64,000 bases of DNA from Clostridiaceae bacterium (GCA_012799695.1 JAAZKT010000001.1:17658-81657); one strand, 5' to 3'. Positions 33,953 through 42,188 are shown, counted from the stretch's first letter. Numbers and translations are program-made. The notes: generated from the letters alone by a model not told the origin.

Positions 33953-34924
33953 ATGAGCCATAACGTCAAAAAGTATGTCTACGGAAAACCTGCACTTGAT
34001 TATTGGCGAGTGCCGTCAATCCGAGGCAACATCGAGCCGGTCGACATGATCTTTCCTGACGAGTACGTTATCTTCACCGATAAGCCCATTTACCGTCCTG
34101 ATCGCGCCATCATACACACGTGCAGTATCCCCGGTGCCAATAAATACGTCAAAGGACGAGCGTGCACACTCCCGCTCGTATTTCTTCAAGTCGCCCTGGA
34201 GTACAGCATCCTCGAATTGATTTTTCTAGGACTCCAAATCTGTTCCTACCGCGAAGGCGATCAGCCTCGATGCACCGTCGAAGAACTGCGTGCCTGCGCC
34301 GAAGAACTGCGAGGACATCGAGGGCGAAGAAAAGCACTCCGAGCTATTCGCTATCTAGACAACAACTCACGGTCTCCGATGGAATCAATTCTTTACATGT
34401 TTCTGCGTTTGCCCAATGCGCTAGGAGGGTGCGGCTTTAGCGAAATCGTGCTCAATGAAAAGATTGTTTTGGAAGGGGGCAAAACGTACTTTGCAGACCT
34501 CTACGTCCCTTCTTGTAAACTTGATATCGAATACGACAGTGAAGAATTTCACAGCAGCGCCTCGGCATTATCAAAAGATCGGGAGCGTACCGCTCATCTA
34601 GAAGCAGAAGGCTATCACGTCGTTTCAGTGAACTACGCAAAATTGAACAACCTCAAAGCCTTTCAAAGCTTAGCGCGCCAACTCTCCCATCTGATACGAA
34701 AACGCATTCACATTCGCGCAAGAAAGTATTTTGAGAACTTCGTCGCCTTGCGCGATCTGCTGTTCAAGAAAGGACTTAGTCTTCGCTCACGTTTCCGCAA
34801 AATCCACTGTCGAGAAGTACCCCAGTTCGCCGGAGTACGCATCATGTATAGAATCTACCTTGCTGCCTGGAACAGACTCATCCGGCACCCCAACCTCCCC
34901 TTGGTATTAACGCGAGCACCTTAA
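33953..34924 (+). CDS. DUF559/Vsr-like endonuclease-domain protein (hypothetical)
   Basis: A 323-aa protein. The C-terminal half carries the pattern YFADLYVPSCKLDIEYDSEEFHSS...RTAHLEAEGYHVVSV, which is typical of DUF559-type restriction-endonuclease-like domains. No clear RBS is present, so the start is uncertain. Confidence 0.5.
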   Translation: MSHNVKKYVYGKPALDYWRVPSIRGNIEPVDMIFPDEYVIFTDKPIYRPDRAIIHTCSIPGANKYVKGRACTLPLVFLQVALEYSILELIFLGLQICSYREGDQPRCTVEELRACAEELRGHRGRRKALRAIRYLDNNSRSPMESILYMFLRLPNALGGCGFSEIVLNEKIVLEGGKTYFADLYVPSCKLDIEYDSEEFHSSASALSKDRERTAHLEAEGYHVVSVNYAKLNNLKAFQSLARQLSHLIRKRIHIRARKYFENFVALRDLLFKKGLSLRSRFRKIHCREVPQFAGVRIMYRIYLAAWNRLIRHPNLPLVLTRAP

Positions 34925-35007
34925 TCTCCTCCTCTCTTGAGTTTTGAGCGAGCGTCATTCACACGGTGCGATTAACGCGAGCACCTTAACCTCCTCATCT
35001 CTTGAGC
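34907..35007 (+). repeat. Two 36-bp direct repeats separated by 29 bp at or after the 3' end of the DUF559 gene
   Basis: ATTAACGCGAGCACCTTAATCTCCTCCTCTCTTGAG (34907..34942, spanning the stop codon) recurs at 34972..35007 with 2 mismatches. Confidence 0.85.
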
Positions 35008-35525
35008 GCTGAACAACTGCCGTACATCAAACATAAATATCGTCTTACACTCGGCTAAAACGTATCGACACTCGATTAGCCATATTCCCCACGCAATGAG
35101 AGTTGGTTTTTCTTTCAATACGAAGTACCATCACACAGAAATCGAACCCTTTTGCCTCGCTCAAGCAACTCTTTAACATCAAAAACACCCCTCCACACCC
35201 ATCCGACCACCCTCAATGTACAGTTTTTCAACTTAGAACTATTTTCTTTACCTAGTAACGCTTGTTCCTCCCTCTTCGCTCACTCTCCTTATGCAATTTT
35301 TCAACTTATATCAAAAAATTTGCGAAAGAGGGGAGGGATGGAGTGTTGACTAAAAAGAGACATTCGATGCTGGCTTGTTGATAATGTGCTGAATATGGGT
35401 TACATGGCTTTTCGTAGGGAACTCATAAGACGTTGTACTGTGATTTAATAGCTGCAGATGTTTCACATCCCTAAAAGCCGGTGACGTAGTACTCAGTCTG
35501 TCAGCGATTCGGAGCGCCCATGCGC

Positions 35526-35885
35526 TCACTTAAGGCACATGATATCGGTTGCAGGGATGGCGACCTCGACGAGATCACCGACGCAGAGCGGTTGGTGCAA
35601 TTTTTCGATTGTTACGAAAATCTTGCCAAACAGCTCATCTGAACCGTCACCGTGAGGCAACTCTACCGCCGTATCCGACGTGATCCCGGAAACGATGCGC
35701 AGTACAGTAGCATGGAACACATTAGCGTGCTCTTCGCCCTGATGAGAATCAGGCGGACGCTCGTTAGGGGCAATGAGACTAACGGCAGATTCGCGGACAC
35801 CGCCAAGGCAGACATCATCGGGAACGTGGTGATGGACCTTCAGCAATGTATTCCATTCTTTGGCGAATATTTCGTGTGTGTCCAT
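35526..35885 (-). CDS. TOBE-domain protein, possibly the C-terminal remnant of an ABC-transporter ATPase (ModC/MalK-type regulatory domain)
   Basis: A 119-aa protein whose C-terminal 65 aa, NVFHATVLRIVSGITSDTAVELPHGDGSDELFGKIFVTIEKLHQPLCVGDLVEVAIPATDIMCL, fit the TOBE pattern. No ATPase domain lies upstream and the context is isolated. Confidence 0.35.
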   Translation of the reverse strand: MDTHEIFAKEWNTLLKVHHHVPDDVCLGGVRESAVSLIAPNERPPDSHQGEEHANVFHATVLRIVSGITSDTAVELPHGDGSDELFGKIFVTIEKLHQPLCVGDLVEVAIPATDIMCLK

Positions 35886-36031
35886 GCATCTGAGATGGAT
35901 GACCTATACGTCAAGAGCGATCTCATCCTTGTGAACGGCGGTTCTTTAAAGTAAATTTTTACTCGCGAGACAAGACTTCGGACTTAGAAGAAGGATCAGT
36001 AAAAGACGCAAATAAGATTACTTCTCCCATG

Positions 36032-37204
36032 TCACCAACTCGATGTCTCTAAAAATTCGACAATGTTTTTGTGGATAATCCCGTCGCGACTGAAATCTAT
36101 CGGGTCCATCGAGACGACGTATTTTCGGTAGTTATCCTTCACGAGACTGTACACACCAAACTCCCGCTCAATCGTGCCGGGATCGGCCAGAAGATAGGCA
36201 ACTTGTACGTATGTAGGTTCATTGTCTTTAAACAACACAAAATCGATTTCCTTACCCTCTACTCTTCCAACAGATACTTGATATCCACGACTCAATGCTT
36301 CCAACAGGACAATATTCTCGAGGATCAGACCAATGTCGCTCAGCGGATTTTGCACAAGAGGAATACGTAGACCGTGGTCGACCATATAGTATTTTTCGCC
36401 GGATGTGAGGAATTCCTTGCTCTTCATATCCTGATTCTTGAGAGGATAGAGCAAAAAGGCGTCTCGGCAATATGCAAGGTAGTTGAGTATCGTATCAACG
36501 GACACTTTGCGATTGACCGACTTGAAATATTTCTCAATGGAACGGGCAGAAAAAACCTTGCCGTTGTTGAGAAGAACATACTTGATCAGCCTGTCAAGCA
36601 ATTCTACGTCACGGATTTGATGGCGACTGATTATGTCCTTAAGGATGACAGAATTGTACACATCGCTAAGGTACATCATAGAAGCTTCGTGCTGATAATC
36701 AAGTTGGTTTAGAAATGGCATGCCTCCGTAGCGTAAGTATGTTTCAAAACTCTGGTTGTTCTCTTTAAATTCTGAATAACTAAAGGGATATATGGTAAAC
36801 GCAACATAACGCCCGGCAATATGAGTCGCTAGCTCTGAAGATAGCAACTTAGAATTAGAACCGGTGATGTAAATGTCACAATCATAAGTGACTCTGTAAG
36901 AGTTGATGCTCTTCTCCCACTGATTTACTTGTTGTATTTCGTCGAAAAAGAAATGTAGTTTACCCTTTTTCCCGTACGCAAATTGAGACACATATGCATC
37001 GAGACGTTTGTTGTCCAAGAGCTCCGAACACAGGTGGCTTTCAAAATTGATCATCAAGACATGGTCATCGTCGTTTGTGACTTCATCCTTGATTTGGTGC
37101 AAAAGAACGGATTTGCCGCTCCGGCGGAATCCGGTAATAACTTTAATAATATCCTTGTCATAGAAAGGTCGTATTTGTTCCAAGTATTTTTCTCTGATAA
37201 TCAT
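36032..37204 (-). CDS. AAA-family ATPase with DUF4143-type C-terminal domain (COG1373-like)
   Basis: From ORF 36032..37264, with the start trimmed to MIIREKYLEQIRPFY (ATG 37204, AGGTGG 5 nt upstream). Walker A is GFRRSGKSVLL and Walker B is LHFFFDEIQ. The gene is visibly more AT-rich than its flanks. Confidence 0.8.
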   Translation of the reverse strand: MIIREKYLEQIRPFYDKDIIKVITGFRRSGKSVLLHQIKDEVTNDDDHVLMINFESHLCSELLDNKRLDAYVSQFAYGKKGKLHFFFDEIQQVNQWEKSINSYRVTYDCDIYITGSNSKLLSSELATHIAGRYVAFTIYPFSYSEFKENNQSFETYLRYGGMPFLNQLDYQHEASMMYLSDVYNSVILKDIISRHQIRDVELLDRLIKYVLLNNGKVFSARSIEKYFKSVNRKVSVDTILNYLAYCRDAFLLYPLKNQDMKSKEFLTSGEKYYMVDHGLRIPLVQNPLSDIGLILENIVLLEALSRGYQVSVGRVEGKEIDFVLFKDNEPTYVQVAYLLADPGTIEREFGVYSLVKDNYRKYVVSMDPIDFSRDGIIHKNIVEFLETSSW

Positions 37205-37225
37205 CCGAACCACCTGCCTGTCTAT

Positions 37226-37308
37226 TATAATCGACAAAGTAGCATTGTTTTGCATTTTTGTCAATTATATTCGACAAAATGTCACAAGCCGAGATTTTGT
37301 CGAATATA
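37226..37308. repeat. Three copies of a 15-bp motif TATAWTCGACAAARТ-like upstream of the AAA ATPase gene, two of them forming a perfect 14-bp inverted repeat
   Basis: TATAATCGACAAAGT (37226..37240) and TATATTCGACAAAAT (37266..37280) are direct copies. The inverted copy is ATTTTGTCGAATATA (37294..37308). Confidence 0.8.
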
Positions 37309-37426
37309 CACGACAATTCATTTTCCTTTTACTCTCTGGAAATAGGGCAAATGGCTTCATCATAAGACGAAAGAAATTAGCCGGCGTGAATAAGTCAACC
37401 TTAAAGGTCACTAGTCCGTTGACAAC

Positions 37427-39244
37427 TCAGGCGCCTAAAATCTCCATGACAATGCTTTCCAACAGCTCCGGCAAGATACGCAAACTATAATCGCGCTCAA
37501 CGCGTTCAGTCCACTTGTGCGCATCAAAACCGTGACCTCCGAGATTGATCACGGGAAGGTCGAGCGCCTTCATCGTGTCGAGCGGCACATGGTAGCTGCG
37601 ACCGAACGTCGGCATATTATCTTTCATGATCTGCAACTCGTCATCCGTATAGGGAAGTGCCAGGTAGCTGAGATCGGAGATATAGGGATAGTACGTTTTG
37701 ACCTTGAGCTCCTTACCGTTGTCAAGCAAATACTGCCCTCCCGCTGTGCGGCCAGACTCCACAGCAATACTGGAAACAGAGCAGTCCGATTCCAATACAC
37801 CAGCTTGAACAGGAGCGTATAGCGTATGAGCGAGCGCAACACTGGAAACAGAGCAGTCCGATTTCAATACCCTCCCAATCCCCCGATCAACTCCTTGAAA
37901 GAAGACATCGTCCGTACCCGAGCAGGAAACTGCGGGATAAAAAGGCGGTGCAAACCCTACAACAATGCGCGGCCTGCGATCCGGCAAGAGAAGTTCTAAC
38001 TGTCGGATCAGATAGAGAGTCTGCTCCCGAGTATCGAGGTCTTTCAGAACAGGACTGATATATCGGTCAATCAGCCGGTCGCTATCCTCACTCAATTGCG
38101 AAGCAACCCTGTCCACTAGTTCCGCAAGCGTGATGATTTCAAACTCAGGATGAATCGTCTCTGACGGGATCCCCGCCTGTTCGATGTATTCACGCTGATA
38201 ACGGTAGTATCTGCTCAACGAGTTTTCCGCTGCGATGTTCGCGACCTCAAGCATCTTCCTCATAACATCGACGGGTGTCTGCTCGAACAGGGGCACACTG
38301 ATCAAGGTCCAGGCTTCATGATTCGTTTTGACGGAGTAAACCTCTTTGAGATCCTCAACTTTTAGCGTGATGGGCGGAACCGAGATTTCATCACTGGAGT
38401 AATCGCTGTACTTGGGATTGAGGTTGACTTCATTGATCAGTTCGGCCATCACAAGATTGGCGTCAAGTCCCGCAAAGGGATCACCGGCATGCGTTTCAAG
38501 CGTGCGAATATAAAAAACGGGCATAATCTTGCCGACTGTACCGCGGAAGAGGTAATAAGCATCATCGCCGGGGTACTGAGCCGTGTGATAATCGGTGTTG
38601 ATCACACCGCAGATATTAAGACCTTTGGTATCGCGCCATTGTTTCAAAACCTCAATGGCGGAGATCATGCCGGCGGAATTCCCCTCCTCATCACAGACGA
38701 AAAGGGCGATCACGTTGCCTTCGAAACTGTCGGGGTTCTCTGCGAGCTGTTTCAGTAGCATGAGCTCATTGGCCACACCAACTTTCATATCGAGCGTCCC
38801 TCGTCCCCAAAGGTAGTTTCCGCTCTCTAAGTCAGATTGTGCCTTCGGGTAGAGATGACGTTGCCCTTGCTTTAAAGCGTCTTCAAGCTTATCCGGTGTC
38901 GTGGCAAAATCCGCCAACAGGCCGTAATCGTCGACTTCGACCGTATCGGTATGCCCGAGCAACACGACCGTTTTATCAGATTCGCGTCCGGAAACACAGA
39001 CGAGAAGCGACGAGCGACCCAGCGGATCTCCTTTAGACGGTATACGCACGATTTGCTCCGGGATGGCACGAAAATAATCCCAGTCGCGCACGTAATCCTC
39101 AATGAAGTCGATAATGTCGTGTTCACCATCCGAGCTGACAACGCTCCTTACCTTTACAAGCTGTATCAACAGCTTGTAAAGCTCCTCCATTTTCGTCCGA
39201 AACAGATTGCCTTCAGCCAATTCAAACTTTTCATGTGTGCTCAT
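37427..39244 (-). CDS. M20-family metallohydrolase, RocB (arginine utilisation protein)-like
   Basis: From ORF 37427..39295, with the start trimmed to MSTHEKFEL (ATG 39244, GAGGGGG upstream). M20 motifs are LLGHTDTVEVDDYG, WGRGTLDMKVG and FVCDEEGNS. RocB-like C-terminal blocks are PPFYPAVS, ISDLSYLAL and GGHGFDAHKWTERV. Confidence 0.7.
   Translation of the reverse strand: MSTHEKFELAEGNLFRTKMEELYKLLIQLVKVRSVVSSDGEHDIIDFIEDYVRDWDYFRAIPEQIVRIPSKGDPLGRSSLLVCVSGRESDKTVVLLGHTDTVEVDDYGLLADFATTPDKLEDALKQGQRHLYPKAQSDLESGNYLWGRGTLDMKVGVANELMLLKQLAENPDSFEGNVIALFVCDEEGNSAGMISAIEVLKQWRDTKGLNICGVINTDYHTAQYPGDDAYYLFRGTVGKIMPVFYIRTLETHAGDPFAGLDANLVMAELINEVNLNPKYSDYSSDEISVPPITLKVEDLKEVYSVKTNHEAWTLISVPLFEQTPVDVMRKMLEVANIAAENSLSRYYRYQREYIEQAGIPSETIHPEFEIITLAELVDRVASQLSEDSDRLIDRYISPVLKDLDTREQTLYLIRQLELLLPDRRPRIVVGFAPPFYPAVSCSGTDDVFFQGVDRGIGRVLKSDCSVSSVALAHTLYAPVQAGVLESDCSVSSIAVESGRTAGGQYLLDNGKELKVKTYYPYISDLSYLALPYTDDELQIMKDNMPTFGRSYHVPLDTMKALDLPVINLGGHGFDAHKWTERVERDYSLRILPELLESIVMEILGA
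37764..37870 (-). repeat. In-frame direct repeat (35 bp twice, period 72 bp) inside the RocB-like gene
   Basis: GCAATACTGGAAACAGAGCAGTCCGATTCCAATAC (37764..37798) recurs at 37836..37870 with 2 mismatches. The protein therefore shows SDCSVSS twice, 24 residues apart. Confidence 0.9.
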
Positions 39245-39529
39245 AACTACCCCCTCAATTAACAACACACCGTTTTTGCTCATACGACTCGTCATTATTT
39301 AGTCGATAATGTCTAACTTATGCAACTATGCATTCCAAGTATACCATCCTTACGCAGATAACTTTTTGGACTCAGTCCGAATCCCTCCCTGCAAACAATC
39401 ATTGTCACTAGGCTATGCCAAATCATTATCGTTCGTACTTCGAAGATGTCACTTATCATGTTTTGGGGCAATGGTAAAATGGAAACAACAAAAGTCATGA
39501 AATACTATTTTTACTTACGGAGGAAACAC

Positions 39530-40063
39530 ATGAACAATTCAGACATGACATTCTATGACGCAATCAGGAAACGCGGAAGCTACCGCCAAGAGTTTTTGGC
39601 AGAAGCCGTGCCGGAAGAGGTCTTGCTTCGTATTATGGAAGCCGGATGCCGCGCACCTTCAGGCTACAATTTTCAGACAACTTCCTTTCTTGTCGTTACC
39701 AATCCCGATCTGCTGATCAAGTTAGCGGACATTGCGCCAAGTCCCGCAACGAACACCGCACCCGCCATGATTATCCCTCTTTCCTCGAAGAAGAAATCTC
39801 CGAAAACGGGGCTTTCCTTTGAAATTGAAGACTATGCCGCCGCCGTTGAGAACATACTTCTGGCTATTACCGCCGAAGGCTACGCCGCCGTCTGGATGGA
39901 TGGCGCGGTCAACCTGGAGGACAGGCGCGAGAGGATCAATAAACTTCTACACGTTCCGGATGATCGCTATGTGCGAGCCATCATTCCCTTAGGACGTCCA
40001 GAAAAGGAAGTGACACAGCGAAAAAAAAAGCCGCTCGAAGAGCGAGTGAAGTGGCTCCGGTAA
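39530..40063 (+). CDS. Nitroreductase-family protein
   Basis: From ORF 39446..40063, with the start trimmed to MNNSDMTFYDAIRKRGSYRQEF (ATG 39530, GGAGG 8 nt upstream). The nitroreductase start motif R.S.R.F and the sequence PSGYNFQTTSFLVV are present. Confidence 0.8.
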   Translation: MNNSDMTFYDAIRKRGSYRQEFLAEAVPEEVLLRIMEAGCRAPSGYNFQTTSFLVVTNPDLLIKLADIAPSPATNTAPAMIIPLSSKKKSPKTGLSFEIEDYAAAVENILLAITAEGYAAVWMDGAVNLEDRRERINKLLHVPDDRYVRAIIPLGRPEKEVTQRKKKPLEERVKWLR

Positions 40064-40079
40064 ATAGAGGTTAGTTGCC

Positions 40080-41117
40080 ATGCCGTTTAACATCATCCGT
40101 CAGGACATAACAAAAATAGAAGTTGACGCCATCGTCAATGCCGCCAACACCGAGCTGAAAATGGGCGGCGGGGTTTCCGGCGCCATCTTCAAAGCTGCCG
40201 GAGCGATAAAACTTCAAGCGGCTTGCGACAAGCTTGCCCCGATCAAGACGGGCGAGGCAATTATCACGCCGGGGTTCGACCTACCCGCCAAGTATGTTAT
40301 TCATACGGCAGGTCCTGTTTATAACAAGCGGAATCCTGAAGAGAGCGAAAAACTTTTGCGTTCCGCTTACACGGAATCCCTCCGAATTGCAATTGATCAT
40401 GAATGTGAAAGTATCGCCTTCCCACTCATATCGAGCGGGATTTACGGTTATCCCAAAGACGAAGCTCTTCAAGTCGCGACGTCCGCCATTCGAGATTTTC
40501 TGAATGAGCATGATCTTGAAGTATTTCTTGCACTGTTCGATAAATCGGCATTTGTGATTAGCCGCAAGCTGTTGGGCGATGTGGAAAGTTACATTGACGA
40601 GCATTATGTCGAAACGCGCACGATAAAAAGAAGAAAGCTGCTCGCTGTGGAACGACGAGCGCTGTCTGAGGATGATGCACAGCTTGATGAATCAAAAAGC
40701 CAACAGCTAGCCGCTCCGACTTTTTTGGCAGCTCCTTTTCGTGCTGCCAAACCGCTTGATGACGTCATCGGAAACCTCGATGAACCTTTTTCAGATATGC
40801 TCCTGCGCCTCATCGACGCCAAAGGCGTGACGGATGTTGAGGTGTATAAGCGAGCGAACTTGGACAGAAGACTGTTTTCGAAGATAAGAAGCACCAAGAA
40901 CTATATGCCGAGCAAACGCACCGCGATCGCACTCGCTGTGTCACTGGGATTATCGCTCGATGAAACCGATGCCTTATTGGAGCGGGCGGGTTACGCATTA
41001 TCTCGTGCCGTCAAATTCGACGTGATCGTGGAGTATTTCATCGCAAACGGCAAGTACGACATCTTTGAAATCAACGAGGTGCTGTTCGCATATGACCAAC
41101 CTCTTTTGGGCGGATAA
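40080..41117 (+). CDS. Macro-domain (ADP-ribose binding/hydrolase) protein with C-terminal HTH-like domain
   Basis: The N-terminal macro motifs are DAIVNAANTELKMGGGVSGAI and PLISSGIYGYP. The C-terminal roughly 110 aa (VEVYKRANLDRRLFSKIRS...RTAIALAVSLGLSLDETDALLERAGYAL) look like an XRE-type HTH. Confidence 0.8.
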   Translation: MPFNIIRQDITKIEVDAIVNAANTELKMGGGVSGAIFKAAGAIKLQAACDKLAPIKTGEAIITPGFDLPAKYVIHTAGPVYNKRNPEESEKLLRSAYTESLRIAIDHECESIAFPLISSGIYGYPKDEALQVATSAIRDFLNEHDLEVFLALFDKSAFVISRKLLGDVESYIDEHYVETRTIKRRKLLAVERRALSEDDAQLDESKSQQLAAPTFLAAPFRAAKPLDDVIGNLDEPFSDMLLRLIDAKGVTDVEVYKRANLDRRLFSKIRSTKNYMPSKRTAIALAVSLGLSLDETDALLERAGYALSRAVKFDVIVEYFIANGKYDIFEINEVLFAYDQPLLGG

Positions 41118-41153
41118 ATCATATGGTCTGTAAGACCCTGAGAATAATCTAAT

Positions 41154-41192
41154 AAGCCGCCTTGGTAGATCGCACCAAAGGCGGCTTTTTTA
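41154..41192 (+). terminator. Rho-independent terminator after the macro-domain gene
   Basis: AAGCCGCCTTGG, a loop and CCAAAGGCGGCTT, followed by TTTTT. Confidence 0.75.
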
Positions 41193-41314
41193 CATTACTG
41201 ATATCGATTCGTCCCGCATTCCAAAATGTCGCTTTCAAAGCGACCAATCGTTTTGAATAAGGTAGTAGCCTGAGATTAGAAAAAAGCCATTAGGAATCAA
41301 AGGAGGCTACTGAC

Positions 41315-41968
41315 ATGAAAAAAGGATTAACTGAACTCGTATTCATTCTCGACAAAAGCGGTTCCATGAGCGGATTGGAGAGCGACACCATCGGCGGCTT
41401 CAATTCCATGCTCGCAAAGCAGAAAGCCGTCGACGGGGAGTGTTTCGTGACAACCGTCTTATTCAACAACGGGTATGAACTTGTACACGACCGCATCGAC
41501 ATCAAGGCGATCAGTCCGATGACCGACAAGGAATATCAAGTCGGAGGCACGACGGCTCTTCTTGATGCCATCGGCAGAACGATCAATAAAATCAGCAATG
41601 CTCAAAAGCATACAGCTGAGGAGTATCGCGCCGAAAAGGTCATGTTTGTGATCATTACAGATGGCCTAGAGAATTCCAGCCGCGAATACTCCGTAGACAA
41701 GGTCAAGGCTCTCATTGAGCGGCAAAAAGAGAAGTACGCTTGGGAGGTTGTCTTCCTTGGAGCCAATATCGACGCGGTAGAAACGGCAGGAAAGTTCGGT
41801 ATTTCCGCTGACAGAGCCATGGACTATCTGGCTGACAGTGAAGGTACCAATCTCAATTTCAAGATGATTGGGGAAGCCGTAATGGCATTTCGAAAGTCCG
41901 GAAAGGTTGACGAGAGTTGCTTTGATAAAATTCGTGATGACGTAAAGCAAAGAGGAGGTCGGAGATAA
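41315..41968 (+). CDS. von Willebrand factor type A (vWA) domain protein
   Basis: The MIDAS motif reads LVFILDKSGSMSG, with later T and D (GGTTALLDAIG, VIITDGLENSS). The protein is 217 aa with no signal peptide, and AAAGGAGG serves as the RBS. Confidence 0.8.
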   Translation: MKKGLTELVFILDKSGSMSGLESDTIGGFNSMLAKQKAVDGECFVTTVLFNNGYELVHDRIDIKAISPMTDKEYQVGGTTALLDAIGRTINKISNAQKHTAEEYRAEKVMFVIITDGLENSSREYSVDKVKALIERQKEKYAWEVVFLGANIDAVETAGKFGISADRAMDYLADSEGTNLNFKMIGEAVMAFRKSGKVDESCFDKIRDDVKQRGGRR

Positions 41969-42146
41969 TAACGTGAGGTCGGTAATAGGTGATACGGTGC
42001 GGTTCTTCTTGAGTTCTTAAGAGATCGTTGTGGTAGGCTAGTTCGTGGAAGGGGATCCTTCACCGCCTTTATAGACATGTTCTATATGGGTTGGGGTCCC
42101 TTCTCTTTATCCTCAAGATTGAGGATGAGCAAAGTATTTCACATTC

Positions 42147-42170
42147 TACATTGAGAATTACATTGAGAAT
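42147..42170 (+). repeat. Tandem 12-bp repeat TACATTGAGAAT x2 upstream of the second nitroreductase gene
   Basis: Copies lie at 42147..42158 and 42159..42170, followed by a partial TGAGA, 19 nt before the ATG at 42189. Confidence 0.85.
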
Positions 42171-42188
42171 TGAGAGAGGATAATAATA

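Noticed and set aside
34907-35007. A possible mini-CRISPR array (36-bp repeats, 29-bp spacer).
   Set aside because: There are only two copies. The first overlaps a coding 3' end. No further regularly spaced repeats, no cas genes and no leader-like AT-rich region are present. It is more consistent with a local duplication scar.
35152-35349. A 65-aa plus-strand ORF in the gene-poor stretch.
   Set aside because: It has low-complexity Ser/Thr/Leu/Pro composition, no RBS and no motifs. The region looks non-coding or degenerate.
36032-37264. The long version of the AAA ATPase ORF (start at 37264).
   Set aside because: The extra 20 codons run through the repeat/promoter motifs and lack an RBS. The ATG at 37204 has AGGTGG 5 nt upstream and gives the usual family N-terminus.
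26600-42000. Calling the whole accessory stretch a mobile element or prophage.
   Set aside because: I found no integrase, IS transposase, terminal inverted repeats, tRNA target or phage structural genes. The only evidence is an Rpn-type nuclease, short direct repeats and an AT-richer composition, so a mobile_element feature is not justified.
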